This document shows, one piece after another, positions 45,348-54,483 of a DNA stretch of 64,000 nucleotides. A program made the position numbers and the translations under genes. A model generated the notes under the pieces. It saw nothing but the letters and a program-made list of their open reading frames with translations. It was not told where the DNA came from and ran no database searches. Within the stretch, counting starts at the first letter, position 1; every line of letters begins with the position of its first letter. Source of the DNA: an uncultured Gemmatimonadales bacterium (GTDB lineage Bacteria > Gemmatimonadota > Gemmatimonadetes > Longimicrobiales > RSA9); contig CAWAMW010000016.1 of assembly GCA_963783305.1 (NCBI GenBank), positions 96,001-160,000 of the forward strand, given 5' to 3'.

Positions 45348-46640
45348 ATGACGAAGAGCGTGCGGGCATACAATTCATTCCAGATGGCGCAGTCGCAGTT
45401 CGACCGGATCGCGGACCTGCTCGATCTGGAGCCGGGTACGCGTGAGCTCCTGCGCGAGCCGCTGCGGGAGTTCTCGTTCGCGATTCCCGTGCGGATGGAC
45501 GACGGGAGCGTGCGGGTGTTCCGAGGCTTCCGGGTGCAGCACAACGACGCGCGGGGTCCGAGCAAGGGCGGGATCCGGTTCCATCCGCAGGAGAGCCTGG
45601 ACATGGTGCGAGCGCTGGCCATGTGGATGACGTGGAAGTGCGCGGTGGTGGACATCCCGCTGGGCGGCGGGAAGGGCGGAGTGGTCTGCGATCCGCACGA
45701 CCTGAGTCAGCGCGAGCAGGAGCAGATCTCGAGGGGCTGGGTCCGGCAGATCGCGCGGGATGTGGGCCCCGTGCGGGACGTGCCCGCGCCGGATGTGATG
45801 ACGACGCCGCAGCACATGCTGTGGATGCTGGACGAGTTCGAAGCCATCCACGGGCAGCGTCTTCCGGGGTTCATCACGGGGAAGCCGGTCGGGATGGGTG
45901 GCTCGCTGGGCCGGAAGGAGGCGACCGGGTACGGCGTGGTGTTCACGATCCGGGAGGCGCTGAAGGAGCTGGGGCTCCGGGCCGAGGACACGAGCGCGTC
46001 GGTGCAGGGGTTCGGGAACGTGGCGCAGTACGCCATTCAGCTCTACACGCAGCTGGGCGGCACGGTGAAGTGCGTGTCCTCGTGGGATCAGGCGGACCAG
46101 ACGAGCTACGCCTACCGGAAGGAGACGGGCGTGGACCTGGACGAGCTGCTGACGGTCACGGACCGGTTCGGCGGGATCGATGGTGTCCGTGCCGCGGAGC
46201 TGGGCTACGAGCGCCTGGACGGGGACGCGTGGCTGGAGCAGGAGGTGGACATCCTGATCCCGGCGGCGCTGGAGAACCAGATCAACGCCGACAACGTGGA
46301 CCGCATCAGTGCGCGGGTGCGGATCATCGCGGAGGGCGCCAACGGTCCGACGAGCCCGGAGGCCGATCGCGTGCTCCACGAGCGGGGTGTCTTCGTCATT
46401 CCGGACCTGCTGGCGAACGCCGGTGGCGTGACGGCCAGCTATTTCGAGCAGGTCCAGAGCAACATGAATTACTACTGGGAGCGTGACGAGGTCCTGGGCA
46501 AGCTGGATATCAAGATGACCGCCGCGTTCATCGCCGTGAGTGACCTGGCGAAGAAGCGGGATCTGTTCACCCGGGACGCCGCGTACGTGATTGCGGTGGA
46601 TCGGGTGGCGCAGGCGTGCAGGGACCGCGGCTGGGTCTGA
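45348..46640 (+). CDS. gdhA: Glu/Leu/Phe/Val dehydrogenase (glutamate dehydrogenase)
   Basis: RVQHNDARGPSKGGIRFHP, MTWKCAVVDIPLGGGKGG, DVPAPDV, VQGFGNV, EGANGPT and NAGGVTASYFE. Confidence 0.92.
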   Translation: MTKSVRAYNSFQMAQSQFDRIADLLDLEPGTRELLREPLREFSFAIPVRMDDGSVRVFRGFRVQHNDARGPSKGGIRFHPQESLDMVRALAMWMTWKCAVVDIPLGGGKGGVVCDPHDLSQREQEQISRGWVRQIARDVGPVRDVPAPDVMTTPQHMLWMLDEFEAIHGQRLPGFITGKPVGMGGSLGRKEATGYGVVFTIREALKELGLRAEDTSASVQGFGNVAQYAIQLYTQLGGTVKCVSSWDQADQTSYAYRKETGVDLDELLTVTDRFGGIDGVRAAELGYERLDGDAWLEQEVDILIPAALENQINADNVDRISARVRIIAEGANGPTSPEADRVLHERGVFVIPDLLANAGGVTASYFEQVQSNMNYYWERDEVLGKLDIKMTAAFIAVSDLAKKRDLFTRDAAYVIAVDRVAQACRDRGWV

Positions 46641-46646
46641 GCGGCT

Positions 46647-48383
46647 ATGGAGACGGTCCCCGCTTTCGACCGTCAGTTCTTCCGCTCCGACGCCGTATTC
46701 AGTCGGATCGGCGGAGGAAGCCTGGGCGGGAAGGCGGAGGGCCTGATCCGGATCCGATCGGCGCTGGAAACACGGCTGGGAGGTGAGGTGGGCGGGATCG
46801 AGCTGGCCATCCCGCGGGTGGCCGTGCTCGGGACCGACGCGTTCGACGCGTTCCTGGCGCGTAACGATCTCGGGGGTGCGATCGCCGGTGACCTCCCCGA
46901 TGATCGCCTCGCCCACGCCTTCCAGCGGGCGGACCTTCCGTCGGAGCTGGTGGGCGACCTCCGGTCCCTGGCGGAGGAGGTGAAGCAGCCGCTCGCCGTT
47001 CGCTCCTCGAGTCTGCTGGAGGACGCGCTGGCGCGGCCGTTCGCCGGAATCTACGAGACCAAGATGACCCCGAACAACCAGGCGGAGGCCGGTGCGCGCT
47101 TCCATCTCCTGGCGGAGGCCATCAAGTTCGTCTACGCCTCCACCTTCTTCCGGGATGCCCGGACCTACCGGCGCGCGGCCGGCATCGACGACGGCGAAGA
47201 GAAGATGGCGGTCATGATCCAGGAGATGGTGGGCGCTCGTCATGGCGACCGCTTCTATCCGGACCTCTCCGCCGTCTGCCGGTCCTACAGCTATTATCCA
47301 GTAGGTCGGGCGGCCCGAGAGGACGGAGTGGCGGTCCTGGCGCTTGGACTGGGGAAGACCATCGTGGATGGCGGACTCTGCTGGTCGTACTCGCCCCGGC
47401 GGCCGAAGGCGCCCCGGCCCTTCGCGTCCACGCGCCAGATGCTGACCGAGACACAGTCGCGCTTCTGGGCGGTGAGCATGGCGCGGCTCAGGGAGTACGA
47501 TCCCACCGTGGCGGAGGAGTACATGGTGGAGTGCGATCTGGCGATCGCTGAGTTCGACGGAACGCTCCGGCACCTGGCGTCCACGTACGACGCGGAGCGC
47601 GACCGGCTACGGCCGGGGACCGGATCGGAAGGCCCGCGGGTCCTCGATTTCGCGCCGCTCCTCCAGCTCAGGGAATGGCCGCTGAACGACCTCGTGAAAT
47701 CGCTGCTGGAGGTGTGCGGTGAGACCCTGGGCGCGGCGGTGGAGATCGAGATGGCCATGACGCTCCCGGTCACGGCGGGGGAGCGACCGCGGGCGGGGCT
47801 GGTGCAGGTGCGTCCCATGCGGACGCCCAGCGCCGAGGTGACCCTCGAACCGTCGGATCTCATGGGCGGCGGAGTGCTGCTGTCGTCGGAGAACGCGCTC
47901 GGGAACGGGGTGGTGGCGGGGGTCCGGGACATCATCTACGTCAAGCCCGAATCGTTCGAGGCGCGGCGGACGCCGCAGGTGGCCGGGGAGGTGGAAGTGT
48001 GGAACCGCGGCATGGTGGAGGCGGGGCACGGCTACCTGCTGATCGGCTTCGGCCGGTGGGGCAGCGCCGACCCGTGGCTGGGGATCCCCGTGGGGTGGGG
48101 CGGCGTATCGGGGGCGCGAGCAATCGTGGAGGCGACGCTCCCCGCCATGGACGTGGAGCCGAGCCAGGGCTCACACTTCTTCCACAACCTGTCCAGCACC
48201 GGTGTGCTCTACTTCACCGTGCGCCACGGCACGGGAGCCGCGCTCGACTGGGAGTGGCTGGAGGGGCTCGAGACGGTAGACGAGACGGAATGGCTGCGAC
48301 ACGCGCGGACGGTAGCGCCGCTGGACATCCGTGTGGATGGCCGGACAGGGCGCGGTGTGGTCCAGCGTGGCGAGGAGGAGTGA
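46647..48383 (+). CDS. PPDK_N (PEP synthase/pyruvate phosphate dikinase nucleotide-binding) domain protein
   Basis: GSLGGKAEGL, PLAVRSSSLLED..PFAGIY, EEKMAVMIQ, GLGKTIVDG, GRWGSADPWLG and SQGSHFFHN. Confidence 0.85.
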   Translation: METVPAFDRQFFRSDAVFSRIGGGSLGGKAEGLIRIRSALETRLGGEVGGIELAIPRVAVLGTDAFDAFLARNDLGGAIAGDLPDDRLAHAFQRADLPSELVGDLRSLAEEVKQPLAVRSSSLLEDALARPFAGIYETKMTPNNQAEAGARFHLLAEAIKFVYASTFFRDARTYRRAAGIDDGEEKMAVMIQEMVGARHGDRFYPDLSAVCRSYSYYPVGRAAREDGVAVLALGLGKTIVDGGLCWSYSPRRPKAPRPFASTRQMLTETQSRFWAVSMARLREYDPTVAEEYMVECDLAIAEFDGTLRHLASTYDAERDRLRPGTGSEGPRVLDFAPLLQLREWPLNDLVKSLLEVCGETLGAAVEIEMAMTLPVTAGERPRAGLVQVRPMRTPSAEVTLEPSDLMGGGVLLSSENALGNGVVAGVRDIIYVKPESFEARRTPQVAGEVEVWNRGMVEAGHGYLLIGFGRWGSADPWLGIPVGWGGVSGARAIVEATLPAMDVEPSQGSHFFHNLSSTGVLYFTVRHGTGAALDWEWLEGLETVDETEWLRHARTVAPLDIRVDGRTGRGVVQRGEEE

Positions 48384-48386
48384 CGG

Positions 48387-51122
48387 GTGCCTGACAGGGA
48401 ATCGATCGAAGAGGTGATGGAGGCCCTGCGGGAGCGGGCGAAGGAGCTGGCGTGCCTCTACCGTGTCGACGAGATCCTGGCACGAGACGCGCCGCCAGAT
48501 GACATCTACCGCAGGGTCCTGGACGCCCTCCCGGAGGGCTGGCGCTTCCCGGAGGTGGTGCAGTCCACGCTCGAGGTCCAGGGGCGCCTGTACCGACCGC
48601 CGGGGTTCCGAAAGACGCCGTGGGCGCAGACCGTGCCGATCCTCGTCGACCGGGAGCAGGTCGGAGAGCTGAGCGTTTACTACACGGAATCGCGCCCGGC
48701 CGGTGACGAGGGGCCATTCCTGAAGGAGGAGCGGCGGCTGCTGAACGCGCTGGCCGACCGCCTCGCGTCCTTCGTGCTGCGCAGGGACATGCCCGGCCGC
48801 CCGCCCGCGGGCCGGAGCACGCCGGACGAGGCAAAGTGGCGTGTGATCCTGGAGTTCCTCCGGCGGACCGACCCGCCGCTACTGCAGTGGATCAGCCGCA
48901 AAATGCTGAACCACCTGCGCTGGAAGGGGCTGGAGGACGCGGAGCGACTGGTGTCACCCACGGTACGGCTGTCGGAGGCCGAGCAGGGGGAAGAGAACCG
49001 CCCTCTCGTGCGGGTGCCGGCGCGGGAGGTGCGCGCGGAGACCGCCGAGGTCTTCCGGATCGCGGGCGAGCACCTGCCGGACGCGGAGATCCTGGCGCAC
49101 ATCCAGATGTGGATCAGCCAGGACAAGGTGGGGTTCCTGATCCAGGCGCTGGAGGACCAGGGCTCGGCGCTGAGCCAGCTGGTGGATGGGCTGGACCGGT
49201 TCGAGGCGCTGGGGGTGGCGGAGTCGGAGCTGCCGCACTCGGTCCAGACCATGCTGCGGGTGGCGCTTCTGCGGAGGTTCTTCACCGACCAGATCTCGTT
49301 CATAAACACCGCGAAGAGCGTGGTGAACCTGGGCGACTTCTACCGCCTCTCCCGTCGGCTGCTGGCGGCGCCCGGCAGCCACGGCCGGCTGGGGGGCAAG
49401 AGCGCGGGCGTGTTCCTGGCTCAGCGGATCATCGAGAGCTCGCCGGAATACGCCGACGTCCTGAGCGACATCCGGGTGCCGAAGAGCTGGTACGTCTCCT
49501 CCGACACGGTCCTCGCCTTCGTCCGGTACAACAACCTGGACGACATCTACGACCAGAAGTACATGGAGATCGACCAGGTGCGACAGCAGTACCCGCACGT
49601 GGTCCAGGTCTTCAAGAGCGCCGACTTCCCGCCGGAGCTCCAGAAGGGGTTCAGCGCCATGCTGGACGACCTGGGCGACGTCCCGCTGATCGTGCGGAGC
49701 TCGAGCCTGCTGGAGGACCGGACGGGGTCCGCGTTCAGTGGGAAGTACAAGAGCCTGTTCCTGGCCAATCAGGGACCGAAGGGGGAGCGCCTGCAGGCGC
49801 TCCTGGACGCGGTGGCTGAGGTGTACGCGTCGATCTTCGCCCCCGACGCCATCGAGTACCGCGCGGAGCGGAACCTCCTGGACGTCCACGAGGAGATGGG
49901 TCTCATGATCCAGCAGGTCGTGGGCACCCGGGTGGGCCGGTACTACCTGCCATCGTATTCGGGGGTGGCGCTCAGTACCAACGAGTTCCGGTGGTCGCCG
50001 CGGATCCGCAGGGAGGACGGGCTGGTACGGCTGGTGCTCGGACTGGGGACGCGGGCGGTGGACCGCCTGAGCGACGACTACTCGGTGCTCTTCGCCCCCG
50101 GTCAGCCGGGGCTTCGAGTGAACGTCACCGCCGAGGAGATGGTGCGTTACGCGCCCCGGTTCGTGGACCTGATCAACCTGGAGACCAACGCGTTCGAGAC
50201 GCTGCCTGTGGACCGGCTGCTCCGGGAGTACGGGGACGAGCTGCCGCAGGTGAAGCGCATCGTCTCCATCCTCGAGGACGGACGGGTTCGCCCGCCGCGC
50301 GGCCTCGCCCCCGACTGGGAGAATGAGGACGCCATCGTCACCTTCGAGGGGCTGGCGCAGGACTCGCCGTTCGTCACGCAGGTACAGACCCTGCTCAAGG
50401 TACTGAGCACTCGCCTTGGACCCGTGGACCTGGAGTTCGCGTCGGACGGCGAGAACTTCTACCTGCTCCAGTGCCGTCCGCAGAACTTCGGACCGACGTC
50501 GGAGGCGCCCCGGATTCCGCGGCGATTGAAGAGCAAGGACATCCTGTTCTCGGCCAATCGCTACATCTCCAACGGCGTGGCGCCAGCGCTTACGCACCTG
50601 GTCTACGTAGATCCGGAGGGCTATGCCGAGCTGGGGGAGCGCAAGGAGCTGCTGGAGGTGGGTCGCGCGGTGGGTCGTCTGAACAAACTGCTCCCTCGTC
50701 GCCAGTTCATGCTCATGGGGCCCGGCCGCTGGGGGAGCCGCGGCGACATCCACCTGGGCGTGAGCGTGAGCTATTCGGACATCAACAACACGGCGATCCT
50801 GGCGGAGGTGGCGCGGCAAAAGGGGAGCTATGTGCCCGACCTGTCGTTCGGCACCCACTTCTTCCAGGACCTGGTGGAGGCGGAGATCCGCTATCTGCCC
50901 CTCTACCCGGACGAGGCGGGGAGCACGTTGAACGAGGAGTTCCTGAGAGGGGCGCCCAACCACCTGGCCGAGCTCGTGCCCGAGTACGCACACCTGGCCA
51001 AGGCGGTGCGGGTGATCGACATACGCGAGGCATCGGAGGGTCGGGTGCTCCGGGTGCTCATGAACGGCGAGCGTGATCGGGCCGTGGGGTATCTGACGAG
51101 CCCGGACGAGCAGCAGAGGTGA
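48387..51122 (+). CDS. PPDK_N domain protein with N-terminal GAF-like sensory region
   Basis: LRERAKELACLY...GPFLKEERRLL N-terminus, LGGKSAG, PLIVRSSSLLED..AFSGKY, GLGTRAVDR, GPGRWGS and LSFGTHFFQDLVE. Confidence 0.85.
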   Translation: MPDRESIEEVMEALRERAKELACLYRVDEILARDAPPDDIYRRVLDALPEGWRFPEVVQSTLEVQGRLYRPPGFRKTPWAQTVPILVDREQVGELSVYYTESRPAGDEGPFLKEERRLLNALADRLASFVLRRDMPGRPPAGRSTPDEAKWRVILEFLRRTDPPLLQWISRKMLNHLRWKGLEDAERLVSPTVRLSEAEQGEENRPLVRVPAREVRAETAEVFRIAGEHLPDAEILAHIQMWISQDKVGFLIQALEDQGSALSQLVDGLDRFEALGVAESELPHSVQTMLRVALLRRFFTDQISFINTAKSVVNLGDFYRLSRRLLAAPGSHGRLGGKSAGVFLAQRIIESSPEYADVLSDIRVPKSWYVSSDTVLAFVRYNNLDDIYDQKYMEIDQVRQQYPHVVQVFKSADFPPELQKGFSAMLDDLGDVPLIVRSSSLLEDRTGSAFSGKYKSLFLANQGPKGERLQALLDAVAEVYASIFAPDAIEYRAERNLLDVHEEMGLMIQQVVGTRVGRYYLPSYSGVALSTNEFRWSPRIRREDGLVRLVLGLGTRAVDRLSDDYSVLFAPGQPGLRVNVTAEEMVRYAPRFVDLINLETNAFETLPVDRLLREYGDELPQVKRIVSILEDGRVRPPRGLAPDWENEDAIVTFEGLAQDSPFVTQVQTLLKVLSTRLGPVDLEFASDGENFYLLQCRPQNFGPTSEAPRIPRRLKSKDILFSANRYISNGVAPALTHLVYVDPEGYAELGERKELLEVGRAVGRLNKLLPRRQFMLMGPGRWGSRGDIHLGVSVSYSDINNTAILAEVARQKGSYVPDLSFGTHFFQDLVEAEIRYLPLYPDEAGSTLNEEFLRGAPNHLAELVPEYAHLAKAVRVIDIREASEGRVLRVLMNGERDRAVGYLTSPDEQQR

Positions 51123-51199
51123 GGTTCTGGTGTGGTATTGGCGGTGGGTATGGCAGCGACGTGGAAGGAGCGGTGGATGCAGATCAGGGGGGTGACCCG

Positions 51200-51571
51200 G
51201 TGAAGTGCGTTTTGATCGTGGAGGACAGCTCGGCGGGGCGTGACATTTACGCGGCCGCGCTGGAGGCGGAGGGCTACCGCGTCACACAGGCGGCCGACGG
51301 CGCGGAAGGAGTGCGCGTCGCCACCGACGACCCGCCGGACCTGGTCATCATGAACCTCTCCATCCCGCTGGTAAACGGGACGGATGCCATCGAGATCCTG
51401 AAGGCGCATCCGGCCACGGAGTCTGTTCCCGTCCTGGTGGTGAGTGGCCACACGCACCCGGACATGCGAGAGCGGGCATGGGAAGCCGGCTGCGACGACT
51501 TCTTCACCAAGCCGTTCCGGCCGAGCGACCTGATCGTGGCCGTGGCGGAGTGCATCGGTCCGCCGGAGTAG
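51200..51571 (+). CDS. Single-domain receiver with Asn at the phosphoacceptor position
   Basis: VLIVED, PDLVIMNLSIP and GCDDFFTKPF. Confidence 0.8.
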   Translation: MKCVLIVEDSSAGRDIYAAALEAEGYRVTQAADGAEGVRVATDDPPDLVIMNLSIPLVNGTDAIEILKAHPATESVPVLVVSGHTHPDMRERAWEAGCDDFFTKPFRPSDLIVAVAECIGPPE

Positions 51572-51575
51572 GCCG

Positions 51576-51764
51576 GTGCCATTGCCGTCATGCCGTCTGT
51601 GCGGGCATACCGATTCTGCCCGCATGATTGCACTCATGACCCTCTGGTTCGGCCGCTACGTCGGCATCGAGCCGGACCACGGATACTTCTATCTCTGTCC
51701 GGAGTGCTTCCAGGCGCAGGTCGAGCCGCACCTCGAGGAAGACGAGGTGCGGGAGGAGGAGTAG
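51576..51764 (+). CDS. Small putative zinc-binding protein
   Basis: 62 aa with CRLC...CPEC and an acidic tail; directly follows the receiver gene. Confidence 0.55.
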   Translation: MPLPSCRLCGHTDSARMIALMTLWFGRYVGIEPDHGYFYLCPECFQAQVEPHLEEDEVREEE

Positions 51765-51804
51765 CGGGACGGCCTGCGGCCAGTGGGGCTCAGCCAGCGC
51801 CTCG

Positions 51805-53070
51805 CTACTTCTTCTGGCGGATCTCTCGTACGGCGTCGACGAGGCGGTCGACCTCCTGATCGGTGGTGTAGGCGGCACAGCCGGCACGGAGGATCCCCTG
51901 TGGGGCCTGACCCAGGCGCTCGATGACCGTGCTCGCGTAGAAATCGCCATGGGTGACGAAGAGGCCGCGGCGACCGAGGCGAGTGGCGGCGTCCTCAGAG
52001 GTGATGCCATCGATGATGAATCCGAGGGTGGGGGTCCTCGGCTGACCTGGGGGCGGGCCGAAGGTCGTGACGCCATCGATGTTGTTCATGCCCTCCCAGA
52101 GGCGGGCGAAGAGGGCACTCCCGACGTGGTGGAGGGAATCGTACGCGGAGCGGAGGCGCGCACGGCGGTCATCGGCGGTGACGGCGGGCCCCCCGATGGA
52201 GGCGAGGAACTCGACGGCGGCCGTGATGCCGGCGATGGCCTCGAAGCTGGCGGTGCCGGTCTCCAGACGACCGGGCGCGTCGTCGGGGGCGGCCTCGACC
52301 TTCGGCAGCTCCAGCGCCTCGATCCGTTCCTTCCGGCCCCAGATCACCCCGGAGTGGGGGCCGTAGAACTTGTAGGGTGACACGGCGAGGAAATCGGCGC
52401 CGAGGGCCTGTACGTCCACCAGCTCGTGGGGCGCGTAGTGGACGGCATCGATGAATACAGTGGCGCCGGCCTCGTGGGCGAGTTCACCGGCGAGGGCGAC
52501 ATTGGTGATGGTGCCGAGGGCGTTGGACGCGGCGCCAATGGCGAGGATGCGGGCATCGGCGACGGCGTCGGCCAGGTCGTCCATATCGAGGCGGCCGGTG
52601 GCCGGGTCCATCTTCACCACGCGGATCTCGGCACCGCGCTCGCGGCCGAGGGCCTTCCAGGGGTCGACGTTGGCGTGGTGGTCGAGCTCGGTGACGACCA
52701 CGCGGTCGCCGGGCTCCAGGGTGCGCCCGAGGGCCCGGGAGAGGCGCATGGTCAGCGTGGTCATGCTGGCGCCGAAGGCCACCTCGTCGGTGCTCGCGCC
52801 CAGGAAGTCGGCCATGGCGGCGCGACCGTCGTCCACGATGGCGGCGCTCTCCAGGCTCGTGGGATAGCTCCAGCCGGAGTTGCCGTTGTGGTGCAGCAGG
52901 TAGTCGCGGACCGCGTCGGCCACGGATTCCGGCACCTGCGTGCCGCCGGGGCCGTCGAAATAAGCCACGGGCACCCCGTCCATCTCCCGGAGCAGGGCGG
53001 GGAAGTGAGCGCGGATCGTGGCGGTGGGTTCTGCGGCGGCCGCAACGTCTGCGTCGGGTCGGGCTGTCAT
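51805..53070 (-). CDS. Cysteine desulfurase-like class V aminotransferase (VC1184-type)
   Basis: YFDGPGGTQVP, LDHHANVDPW, IDAVHYAPH and SPYKFYGPH. Confidence 0.9.
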   Translation of the reverse strand: MTARPDADVAAAAEPTATIRAHFPALLREMDGVPVAYFDGPGGTQVPESVADAVRDYLLHHNGNSGWSYPTSLESAAIVDDGRAAMADFLGASTDEVAFGASMTTLTMRLSRALGRTLEPGDRVVVTELDHHANVDPWKALGRERGAEIRVVKMDPATGRLDMDDLADAVADARILAIGAASNALGTITNVALAGELAHEAGATVFIDAVHYAPHELVDVQALGADFLAVSPYKFYGPHSGVIWGRKERIEALELPKVEAAPDDAPGRLETGTASFEAIAGITAAVEFLASIGGPAVTADDRRARLRSAYDSLHHVGSALFARLWEGMNNIDGVTTFGPPPGQPRTPTLGFIIDGITSEDAATRLGRRGLFVTHGDFYASTVIERLGQAPQGILRAGCAAYTTDQEVDRLVDAVREIRQKK

Positions 53071-53581
53071 GGTGTGTCCCTTCGGTGGTAGTCGGTCCGT
53101 CCGGGCTCAGAATACGCCGGCGGACGCGCTCGTGAAAGGCGGATCGACGCGGACGGCGGAAAAACGTGGAAAACGCGGACGGTGCACCGATCGCCGGTTT
53201 CCCTGGTTACGGCTCGATCGCCGCAGTTGCGGGCCGCGGTCCGGGGCGCAGCGGTTCCGCCAGTCCCGAAGAAACGCGGACGTTGTTCTCTCGGAACACA
53301 TCTCCGAAGTCGAGCCCCCCGTGCGCAGCCGTACAGCCTGACCAGCCCCTCGCGATTTGCGCTACCCGCGACCTCGCGCTGCGATCATTCAACGGGACGT
53401 CGGAATGCGTGAGCCGGCCAAAACCGGCGACCGGTGCACCTTCCGGGGTCTGGTCCGGGGTCTGCGCGCTGTGTCCTCCTGGCCCGTGAATCTATGGGCG
53501 CGGCTGGCCGTACGGCTGGCTGGGAGCGTCGACAACTCGTACCGTCGGACCAGAGCCACCACCACACGGAAAGCGCAGGCG

Positions 53582-54481
53582 ATGAAGCCAATGGACCTCC
53601 GGATCCAGAATGTGTCGAAGACCTATCCCGGCGGCGTGCGAGCGCTGCACGGCGTCACGCTGACGATCCCGACGGGGATGTTCGGACTGCTGGGTCCGAA
53701 CGGCGCGGGGAAGTCGACGCTGATGCGGACGATCGCCACGCTGCAGGCGCCGGACACGGGCTCGATCGAGCTGGGTACGCTGGACGTGCTGCGGCGGCCG
53801 GACGAGGTGCGCCGGGCACTCGGGTACCTGCCGCAGGATTTCGGTGTCTACCCGAAGGTGAGCGCGGTGGAGATGCTGGACCACCTGGCGGTGCTGAAGG
53901 GGCTGACGTCGAAGGGGGAGCGGAAGGAAGCGGTGGAGGCGCTGCTTCACCAGACCAACCTGTGGGAGGCGCGGAAGCGGAAGCTGGGCGGGTTCAGCGG
54001 CGGGATGCGTCAGCGGTTCGGCATCGCGCAGGCGCTGATCGGGAGCCCGAAGCTGGTGATCGTGGACGAGCCCACGGCGGGGCTGGACCCGGCGGAGCGG
54101 ATGCGGTTCCTGAACCTGCTGGCGGAGATCGGCGAGAGCGTGGTGGTGATTCTCTCGACGCACATCGTGGAAGATGTCAGCGACCTGTGCCGTCGGATGG
54201 CGATCCTGGACCAGGGGCGACTGCGGTTCGAGGGGGAGCCGAGGAGCGCGATCGCGCGGCTGGAGGGAACGGTGTGGCAGCGGACGATCGACCGTGACCA
54301 GCTGCCGCGGGAGCAGGCGGAGCGGCGGGTGATCTCGACGCACCTGTCGGAGGGGCGGACGGTGGTGCACGTGCAGGCGGAGGACCGGCCCGGGCCGGAG
54401 TACGAGCCGGTTCAGCCGGACCTCAAGGACGTGTACTTCACCACGCTGGGCGACGCGGATCCCGCGGCCGAGGCGGCGTAG
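53582..54481 (+). CDS. ABC transporter ATP-binding protein
   Basis: GPNGAGKST, FSGGMRQR, IVDEPTAGLD and LSTH. Confidence 0.95.
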   Translation: MKPMDLRIQNVSKTYPGGVRALHGVTLTIPTGMFGLLGPNGAGKSTLMRTIATLQAPDTGSIELGTLDVLRRPDEVRRALGYLPQDFGVYPKVSAVEMLDHLAVLKGLTSKGERKEAVEALLHQTNLWEARKRKLGGFSGGMRQRFGIAQALIGSPKLVIVDEPTAGLDPAERMRFLNLLAEIGESVVVILSTHIVEDVSDLCRRMAILDQGRLRFEGEPRSAIARLEGTVWQRTIDRDQLPREQAERRVISTHLSEGRTVVHVQAEDRPGPEYEPVQPDLKDVYFTTLGDADPAAEAA

Positions 54482-54483
54482 CC

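Noticed and set aside
53071..53581. 510-bp intergenic region as a hidden gene or ncRNA
   Set aside because: The ORFs lack coding-like features and no convincing structure or motif was found.
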